From a virus (Duplodnaviria > Caudoviricetes), in the IMG/VR virus record IMGVR_UViG_3300027785_000054, positions 1-38,979 of that record: DNA of 38,979 bases; one strand, written 5' to 3'. A model generated the notes under the pieces. That model was not told where the DNA came from, searched no databases, and saw nothing but the letters and a program-made list of their open reading frames with translations. The position numbers and the translations under genes were made by a program. Positions 1 through 5,731 of the stretch are shown here, piece by piece (position 1 is the stretch's first letter; every line of letters starts with the position of its first letter).

Positions 1-7
1 CGATTCC

Positions 8-295
8 ATGACCAAAACAACCAACAGCAGTGCAAGACCGCTTGTGCAAGACCGCCGAGAGTTTACAGGTAGCAATACCTTTGCACGATGGGTAAACGGC
101 AACTATGTAGTCTATTCATATGGACTGCATTTCCCTATCTTTGTGTGGTGTGCGTTTGATGCCGAGTGGTATCAGAACTCAGATAAATACAGTGCTACTA
201 CATCAAAGCACAAAACTCAACTACACCCGTGGTTTGAGTGCAAATCTCTTAATACCAACGAACTCCAAACCCTAATCAATAAAACCTATGCCTAA
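8..295 (+). CDS. Small early phage protein (YVVYSYG...YSxTTSKH motif type)
   Basis: 95-aa ORF. The motif pattern resembles widespread small phage early proteins of unknown function. GATTCC-ATG start context as at 511-519. Confidence 0.75.
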   Translation: MTKTTNSSARPLVQDRREFTGSNTFARWVNGNYVVYSYGLHFPIFVWCAFDAEWYQNSDKYSATTSKHKTQLHPWFECKSLNTNELQTLINKTYA

Positions 296-512
296 ATACC
301 TAGTTACCGAAACGCTCTATGTAGAATTTGCTATTGAAGCAGAAACCGCACAGGAAGCACAGGATAAATACATGAACGCTTGGGTTAAGCAGTTCATTAC
401 TAAGAATGAAATCAAGGTTAACAACGGAGAAAACCTCACTGTCCGTCAGAATATTGATGGACGGCTTGTTGAAGTTGAACTTGACCCCCCCCACCCTGAG
501 TCCTTAGATTGA
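288..512 (+). CDS. Hypothetical early protein
   Basis: 74 aa, overlaps the upstream stop by 8 nt; C-terminus (LDPPHPESLD) is read through repeat copy 481-510. Confidence 0.7.
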   Translation: MPKYLVTETLYVEFAIEAETAQEAQDKYMNAWVKQFITKNEIKVNNGENLTVRQNIDGRLVEVELDPPHPESLD

Positions 513-516
513 TTCC

Positions 517-762
517 ATGAGCAAACTAAACGAGAAAGGCGATAAGCAATTCGATGAAGGCGAGTTTCTTGATGACACTCAGTTAGATATCAGAGACGCA
601 CTAGATGCAATCATGATGATTGAAGGCGGGTGTAATCACTCTGCTATGATTAGTTGTTATCAACTTCTTATTGATACAGGTATTATCCATACCTTGCAGG
701 GTTCTCATCAGCGAACCGCACAAAACCTGATTGATGGTGGCTTCTGCCATCGACCATCTTGA
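517..762 (+). CDS. Small acidic phage protein (Q-x-LIDTG...LQG...RTA motif type)
   Basis: 81 aa. The motif resembles a common phage small-protein family of unknown function. The stop is the TGA of TTGACA. Confidence 0.75.
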   Translation: MSKLNEKGDKQFDEGEFLDDTQLDIRDALDAIMMIEGGCNHSAMISCYQLLIDTGIIHTLQGSHQRTAQNLIDGGFCHRPS

Positions 763-788
763 CACCCCCCTCCCTCCCTCAGTAAAAC
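759..788 (+). promoter_or_regulatory. Representative sigma70-like early promoter (TTGACA-N18-TAAAAC); same call applies to the other repeat copies
   Basis: Perfect -35 hexamer, fixed spacing to a TA-initiated AT-rich hexamer, always directly upstream of an ORF. The -10 lacks the usual final T, so promoter activity is inferred. Confidence 0.75.
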
Positions 789-819
789 GAATTCCTCAAC
801 CCCAACCCAATACTACCAT

Positions 820-1344
820 ATGTCCCTCAATTGGAAAATGCCTGACGAGTTTCACAAGAATAAAAAGCACCTGATGTATAAGAACATCAAGGATGACGAT
901 TCTGCTGATGTGCAGGTCGAACTTGAATGCCTTATTTTCAGTACTATGCACATCCAGCATAACCTGACAGGCGAAATGACCGAAGAAGTCCTTATTGAAA
1001 TTGAGCGTAGGCTTAATCTCCTTAAAGGTATCGGCTGTCTCATGTCTTACTCCCTGTTTGATGGCACGAATCATCGTACTATCCATACTAATCTTGAATC
1101 CGTAATCCGCTATTGGGGTCTGGATACTAATGTCTCTCACTTGTCCCGCACTGCGTGGAATAAGCGATTCATTAAGATGAGTGAAATCCGTCCCTATGAA
1201 TTCAAGTATACTGTTCAGGAAGCCAAAGAAAACATCGCCAAGAGTGATGTTACTCAGGCTGACCGAATCATGGCAGAGATGATGGAAGCCAAGGCCAAGG
1301 CTGAAACCGCCGAACTTGACACCCCCCCTGCTGAATCGGCATAA
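820..1344 (+). CDS. Hypothetical early protein
   Basis: 174 aa downstream of repeat 759; ends LDTPPAESA, read through the next repeat. Confidence 0.75.
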   Translation: MSLNWKMPDEFHKNKKHLMYKNIKDDDSADVQVELECLIFSTMHIQHNLTGEMTEEVLIEIERRLNLLKGIGCLMSYSLFDGTNHRTIHTNLESVIRYWGLDTNVSHLSRTAWNKRFIKMSEIRPYEFKYTVQEAKENIAKSDVTQADRIMAEMMEAKAKAETAELDTPPAESA

Positions 1345-1374
1345 CGAATTCCTCAACCCCAACCAATACAACCC

Positions 1375-1644
1375 ATGAGTAATAACAAACTAACTGAAAT
1401 GATTGATGCACTGCAAATCCCTGACACTATCACGGCAAAAGATTACCCTGCGGTAAACTTTAAGATTGATGGTAATGTGTTCAGCGTGATTGGTGCTGTA
1501 TCCAAAGGCTGGCGTAAGGTAGACAAGCAGGTGGCTGACCGCATCTCCGCTGTTGTTAATGAACACGCCGAAGATTACGAACAGGCACTTGGTTTCCTGC
1601 TGGCTATTAGCCAAGTCGAATACGGAGATTCTGACGATGAATAA
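1375..1644 (+). CDS. Small phage protein (DGNxFxxIG...DY motif type)
   Basis: 89 aa downstream of repeat 1316; motif resembles common small phage proteins. Confidence 0.75.
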   Translation: MSNNKLTEMIDALQIPDTITAKDYPAVNFKIDGNVFSVIGAVSKGWRKVDKQVADRISAVVNEHAEDYEQALGFLLAISQVEYGDSDDE

Positions 1645-1855
1645 TCCCGCACTGCGTGAGGTGTTAGACCTCCTGTACAAAATCAAAATTCGTTCAAAGC
1701 GTCTTTCTGAATCTACCCAGAACGCCTCTCAGGAGTCTCTTGATAAGTTATTCTCTGATGCAGTAGATAGTTATTGGGCTCTTAATACTATAATTGAAGA
1801 GCAGGAGAAGGCCGAAGACAAGGGTGTTGACACCCCCCTCCCTCCATCGGCATAA
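1637..1855 (+). CDS. Hypothetical helical early protein
   Basis: 72 aa using ATG 1637, coupled to the upstream stop (track start 1553 overlaps the previous gene); ends VDTPLPPSA within the repeat. Confidence 0.65.
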   Translation: MNNPALREVLDLLYKIKIRSKRLSESTQNASQESLDKLFSDAVDSYWALNTIIEEQEKAEDKGVDTPLPPSA

Positions 1856-1862
1856 GAAGTCC

Positions 1863-2204
1863 ATGCCCCTCAACCCCACAACGCTCCGTGAAATTCAAGA
1901 CTTCATCTGCATGAAGTACAGGTACACTGAAATAGAAGAAGATGCTCAGTATCGTGTAGCCGCAGGATACTATGCTCAACTATTCGATATCTATGAAAGC
2001 GGTATCGTGGAAGATGAAGAAATCGAACGCATGCTCGCAAATCGTAGGTGGGAAGTAGAAGCATATGCAGAAGAGCGTGGATGGACTCTCGATAGGGACT
2101 TCACCTATCCTGAGCAGTCCAAGGCTGGCAGATTCAATCTAGTATCCGCATTAAAAGATGCGTATCCCAGAGATGAATGGACACGCTCCTTTCCCGAATC
2201 TTGA
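1863..2204 (+). CDS. Hypothetical acidic early protein
   Basis: 113 aa using ATG 1863, 6 nt after the -10 of repeat 1827; stop is the TGA in TTGACA. Confidence 0.75.
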   Translation: MPLNPTTLREIQDFICMKYRYTEIEEDAQYRVAAGYYAQLFDIYESGIVEDEEIERMLANRRWEVEAYAEERGWTLDRDFTYPEQSKAGRFNLVSALKDAYPRDEWTRSFPES

Positions 2205-2248
2205 CACCCCCCTCCCTCCAACCATAAAACGAATTCATCAACCAACAC

Positions 2249-2440
2249 ATGACATATTCATTCACCATCGGCCCTAATCCTGTTAAGCGTGGCAAAGCGT
2301 GGGTCATACAGATATTTAATATCCGTAATCAACTCGATTCAGAGATGCACTTTAAATTAAAGCGTGATGCACAAGGCTTTATTAATGGGTGGCATGAATG
2401 CGTTGAAGCCAACACTCGCTATGTTCCCCCCTTAACTTGA
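2249..2440 (+). CDS. Hypothetical early protein
   Basis: 63 aa between two repeats; stop is the TGA in TTGACA. Confidence 0.7.
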   Translation: MTYSFTIGPNPVKRGKAWVIQIFNIRNQLDSEMHFKLKRDAQGFINGWHECVEANTRYVPPLT

Positions 2441-2474
2441 CACCCCCCTCCCTCCAACCCTAAAACCAAATCCT

Positions 2475-2801
2475 ATGACCACCGAATCCAAGAAAGTTTA
2501 CTTCACCCTCACTACCACCTATCTCTCTTGGGATAGCGTGAACAGCGAGAAGATTGTCGGCAGTTCGCATATCAATCACTATGCGTCTGCTACGGAACTC
2601 CTGACCCGCCTTGCGGATGTTCCTGAAAAGTTCAACAGCGTGGGCTATAACTACCACCGCACTGAGGTTACCACCTATGGCCTGTGGTCGCACCGCATTG
2701 AACTCGCTGATATCTTTGAAATTGCTGGTAACGAAATCGCTGATAAGCGTGGTAATTATTTCCCTGTGGCTGTGGTGGCTACTGCGGAAAAGTCGGAGTA
2801 A
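2475..2801 (+). CDS. Hypothetical early protein
   Basis: 108 aa, ATG 8 nt after the -10 of repeat 2437. Confidence 0.7.
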   Translation: MTTESKKVYFTLTTTYLSWDSVNSEKIVGSSHINHYASATELLTRLADVPEKFNSVGYNYHRTEVTTYGLWSHRIELADIFEIAGNEIADKRGNYFPVAVVATAEKSE

Positions 2802-2977
2802 TCATAAGAAATTGGATACCTAATGGCCTAGCCAGCGGTTATAAAGAGTGATTCCTCAACAGACCCAAAGGGCATTACAACAGTTAAGCCTTTTGACACA
2901 GATAGTCGGAATCGCCGTCCAATCCCACTTTCGGTAAGACCTTGACACCCCCCTCCCTCCACCACTAAAACGACTCC

Positions 2978-3229
2978 ATGACCAAACCGCTCCATGTGTT
3001 CGCTATTACTCACAAACCTGAGGGATTCAACTCCCCTGTGCTGATTGACAGTAAATCTGCGGTATTCCCTACATGGGAAGATGCAGAGATTGAGCGTCTG
3101 CGTGAATACCCTAATAAGGAATATGTAGTTACTGAATGTAATTACATCCACCCTTATGGTGATGGTACTTACGCCGCCATGCTCTTGCCTGACAATCACC
3201 GCAAGATTTGCAACCCCTCTGCCCACTAA
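2978..3229 (+). CDS. Hypothetical early protein
   Basis: 83 aa filling the interval between repeats 2942 and 3232. Confidence 0.7.
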   Translation: MTKPLHVFAITHKPEGFNSPVLIDSKSAVFPTWEDAEIERLREYPNKEYVVTECNYIHPYGDGTYAAMLLPDNHRKICNPSAH

Positions 3230-3278
3230 CCTTGACACCCCCCTCCCTCCATCCTTAAAACGAACTCCTATCACCACT

Positions 3279-3569
3279 ATGAGCAAACTCAACGCCCCAA
3301 TATCGTTCACGGATTACATCCTCGACCCCTCCACGGATAACCCCCACCTGCAAATCCGCAGGATGCCCAAGGGCTTGCGGGATACGGAGAAACGCAGGTG
3401 GCTTATTAGCGAACACGCTAATCTGGAATATGCCTCCGCTAAGGCGAAGGATAAGTACGATGCCACAGGATTCCACCAATTCCTGTCATTTGCTGAGGCT
3501 TTGCAGAATGAGGCAGACGAATGCCTGTTGGCCTCCAAGCGTAAGTACATCGAACGCAATCAGGGCTAA
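3279..3569 (+). CDS. Hypothetical early protein
   Basis: 96 aa using ATG 3279 (MSKLNAP...), downstream of repeat 3232; track start 3156 lies in the previous gene. Confidence 0.7.
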   Translation: MSKLNAPISFTDYILDPSTDNPHLQIRRMPKGLRDTEKRRWLISEHANLEYASAKAKDKYDATGFHQFLSFAEALQNEADECLLASKRKYIERNQG

Positions 3570-3618
3570 CCTTGACACCCCCCTCCCCCTAACCTTATAA
3601 CGACTCCACATCACCACC

Positions 3619-3858
3619 ATGAAGCCCACCCCCACTGAGAAACTGAATCGTGCCAACGCCCTGTCCGCTTACCATGCGGATGAAGCCCGAATTCACCTAG
3701 TCAAAGGCAATATCGACCGAGCCGAGCAGGAAATCCGCATCTCCACCAAATGGAAAGGCGTAGCCAAGCGGGTCATGAAGAATATGACCTGTGCCGACAT
3801 ATTTGAGGCTAATGCCCTGACCGCCAGCGAAGACGGCACACCCTACCCTCACTGCTGA
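3619..3858 (+). CDS. Hypothetical early protein
   Basis: 79 aa filling the interval between repeats 3572 and 3864. Confidence 0.7.
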   Translation: MKPTPTEKLNRANALSAYHADEARIHLVKGNIDRAEQEIRISTKWKGVAKRVMKNMTCADIFEANALTASEDGTPYPHC

Positions 3859-3914
3859 GGGTGTTGACACCCCCCTCCCTCCATCAGTAAAACGAATCTG
3901 TACCCACCACTACC

Positions 3915-4079
3915 ATGAACACCACCACCACCAAGGAAATGAATGACCGCATCCTGACCGATATCGTCCGACTGCGGAAGGACTACCCCGACTTCACTGA
4001 GGCACAGGCTAAGGCCATCAGGGATGCCCTCTGGACGGCATGGCACATTGCCTATCGTGCCGAACACCCCAAGGGCTGA
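3915..4079 (+). CDS. Hypothetical 54-aa early protein (not in the ORF track)
   Basis: Manually translated MNTTTTKEMNDRILTDIVRLRKDYPDFTEAQAKAIRDALWTAWHIAYRAEHPKG; fills the interval between repeats 3864 and 4085. Confidence 0.7.
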   Translation: MNTTTTKEMNDRILTDIVRLRKDYPDFTEAQAKAIRDALWTAWHIAYRAEHPKG

Positions 4080-4133
4080 GGGTGTTGACACCCCCCTCCC
4101 CCTAACGATATAACTCAGCACATCACCACACCA

Positions 4134-4325
4134 ATGCCCACACCCACCTCCAAGAAACACATGGATATCATTCAGGCACTAATCACGCCAATCTCCAAGC
4201 GTCTATGCAGTGATGACGATGAAATCTCATCCTCAGTCACTGATGCGGAAATCATGTACCTGACCGCATTAGACAATGCCCTCAAATGTGCCGAAGACGC
4301 TCGTCTTGACACCCCCCCTGCCTAA
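4134..4325 (+). CDS. Hypothetical early protein
   Basis: 63 aa; ends LDTPPA inside repeat 4306. Confidence 0.65.
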   Translation: MPTPTSKKHMDIIQALITPISKRLCSDDDEISSSVTDAEIMYLTALDNALKCAEDARLDTPPA

Positions 4326-4360
4326 CCCTTATAACGAATCTGTACCCACCACACCACACC

Positions 4361-4570
4361 ATGAAATTCAAAGTACTTCACGAAGGCCACAAGCCAAAAC
4401 CCCGCTTCTATATTCACTCGATTGAGGATAATGCAATCCTGTACGAATGCCCCAGCGAACAGGTCGCCAATCAGGTCTGTGCCTTATGGAATCGAATCGG
4501 CGTATCCTATCGCCCTGACTCCACCCTCGGCCTCGATAGCCTTGACACCCCCCTCCCTCCTCAGGTATAA
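4361..4570 (+). CDS. Hypothetical early protein
   Basis: 69 aa; ends LDTPLPPQV, with the stop in the -10 of repeat 4542. Confidence 0.7.
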   Translation: MKFKVLHEGHKPKPRFYIHSIEDNAILYECPSEQVANQVCALWNRIGVSYRPDSTLGLDSLDTPLPPQV

Positions 4571-4598
4571 GGAGGAGTACCCAACACACCACACCACC

Positions 4599-4805
4599 AT
4601 GAAAGCACCATACGAAACCCTTGAAACCCTCATCGATATCCAGAAAGCCCTGATGGAAATTAGGGATAATCTGAATGATTCCCAGCGAAAGGGATGGGCA
4701 TCCCACCGCATGGCTGAGGCCACTGAGGCTCTCGATGCCCTCATCGAGGAGGTCGATTCCACCGCCACCTTCATCACTGTCACCCCTTACCCTGAGGAGG
4801 CTTGA
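4599..4805 (+). CDS. Hypothetical acidic two-helix early protein
   Basis: 68 aa using ATG 4599 (MKAPYETLE...); stop is the TGA in TTGACA. Confidence 0.7.
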   Translation: MKAPYETLETLIDIQKALMEIRDNLNDSQRKGWASHRMAEATEALDALIEEVDSTATFITVTPYPEEA

Positions 4806-4851
4806 CACCCCCCTCCCTCCTCCGATATAACTCTTCTGTACCCACCACACC

Positions 4852-4998
4852 ATGTATCACATCACCAACGCTGAAACCGACCGAATCCTCGCCACCGCCA
4901 ATACCTATCAGGAGGCGATTCATATCGCCCTGACCATCAAGCGGATGAATGCCTTCACTGTCACCATCGTGCTGGGAGCAGGAGCCATCACTGTCTAA
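4852..4998 (+). CDS. Hypothetical 48-aa early protein (not in the ORF track)
   Basis: Manually translated MYHITNAETDRILATANTYQEAIHIALTIKRMNAFTVTIVLGAGAITV; follows the last repeat 4802. Confidence 0.65.
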   Translation: MYHITNAETDRILATANTYQEAIHIALTIKRMNAFTVTIVLGAGAITV

Positions 4999-5006
4999 TC
5001 ACCCTG

Positions 5007-5074
5007 AAACCCCTTACATTAACCCTGCACCCTGTATAAAAAAGGGGGAGGGGGGGTGTAAGAGGGTTTTTTTT
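5007..5074 (+). terminator. Putative intrinsic terminator closing the early array
   Basis: AAACCCCTTACA (5007-5018) pairs with TGTAAG(A)GGGTTT (5057-5069) with one bulge. The inner C-rich and G-rich arms pair imperfectly. A T8 tract follows (5067-5074). Confidence 0.5.
5033..5062 (-). repeat. Inverted degenerate copy of the promoter repeat
   Basis: Minus strand reads CTTACA-CCCCCCCTCCCCCTTTTT-TATACA (18-bp spacer); compare copy 3572, TTGACA-CCCCCCTCCCCCTAACCT-TATAAC. Confidence 0.7.
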
Positions 5075-5177
5075 CGCCCTTGGGGCAATTGGTTAGGACA
5101 GGGACAATTTTTAATCTAAAGGGATAAAGACATAAGACGAAACCTCACCCTTAAGAACGAGGGGGTTATTAGGGGGA

Positions 5178-5219
5178 TTGTTATTTGTTATCACAAGCGT
5201 ATAATGAGAGGGTTATAAT
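5178..5219 (+). promoter_or_regulatory. Possible promoter(s) for the packaging/morphogenesis operon
   Basis: Two perfect TATAAT hexamers (5200-5205, 5214-5219) in an AT-rich intergenic region; weak -35 TTGTTA 16 bp before the first. Confidence 0.35.
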
Positions 5220-5308
5220 GCTATTAGAGAAACTGATAAGTCAATATAGGATTGCTTATGGGAATTTTTTTGAATTGCTATTTGGAAGAGATTAGAGATT
5301 GTGATGGG

Positions 5309-5731
5309 ATGAAGAAGGAATCTGAAGTGATGAAGGAACTGAATCTGAGTAAAGCCGAAATTAAGGCTTTGAGAGAGTCTGCTCCTGAAGGCTCTTGGAT
5401 TAGGGATGTGTCAAAGAGACCTGAGCGTCTATGGGGGTTCCTTTGGAGCGAGGCTGGAGTCAAGTATCTCACTGATATTATCAGCAAGCCTATTACAGTT
5501 ACTGAATGCAAAAAGGTCGAAGGCGACATTTACGAATGCACAGTACTTAGAAGTGGTTTTACAAACAAGAGGCTTGTCGAGATTGAATTTAATGGCAAAA
5601 AGATAAAAGCGGCATGTCGAGACAGTTCTCTGATTAAGCCTAGATGTATTGTCAAGGTAAGGATTGTTGGCGAGAGTGCTTGTGTTTTGTCTGTTACCAA
5701 GAAGCATATGAACTCTTATTACAATGGCTAA
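5309..5731 (+). CDS. Hypothetical protein, possible DNA-binding protein or terminase small subunit
   Basis: 140 aa from ATG 5309. HTH-like N-terminus (ESEVMKELNLSKAEIKALR), beta-rich basic C-terminus, two genes upstream of TerL. The function call is positional only. Confidence 0.5.
   Translation: MKKESEVMKELNLSKAEIKALRESAPEGSWIRDVSKRPERLWGFLWSEAGVKYLTDIISKPITVTECKKVEGDIYECTVLRSGFTNKRLVEIEFNGKKIKAACRDSSLIKPRCIVKVRIVGESACVLSVTKKHMNSYYNG

Larger units (their letters stand above)
481..4831 (+). repeat. Array of 14 direct copies of a 30-bp promoter-like repeat, TTGACA-CCCCCCTCCC(N8)-TA(A/T)AAC
   Basis: Copies (-35 start to -10 end): 481-510 (degenerate, TTGACC...TAGATT), 759-788, 1316-1345, 1827-1856, 2201-2230, 2437-2466, 2942-2971, 3232-3261, 3572-3601, 3864-3893, 4085-4114, 4306-4335, 4542-4571, 4802-4831. 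The core TTGACACCCCCCTCCC is exact in 11 copies. The spacer is 18 bp in all. Each copy lies 6-31 nt upstream of an ATG. The window start (CGATTCCATG) resembles the tail of a further upstream copy. Confidence 0.95.

Noticed and set aside
4570-4577. AGGAGGAG as a Shine-Dalgarno site for the gene at 4599
   Set aside because: It lies 21 nt from the ATG and overlaps the -10/TSS region, too far for a canonical SD.
481-4831. Repeat array as a CRISPR array
   Set aside because: The intervals are 221-557 bp, variable and protein-coding; the repeat has promoter geometry; no cas genes are present.
481-4831. Repeats as classical integron attC sites
   Set aside because: No RYYYAAC...GTTRRRY ends or long internal palindrome, and no integrase in the window; only the architecture is analogous.
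300-4853. Minus-strand ORFs across the array and extended + starts (1553, 1794, 3156, 4422)
   Set aside because: They cross repeats or overlap better-supported + strand genes whose ATGs sit just downstream of each repeat.
5075-5308. Intergenic region as a replication origin, genome terminus or tRNA
   Set aside because: AT-rich with short G/C tracts, but no iterons, cloverleaf or terminal repeat can be demonstrated from this window alone.
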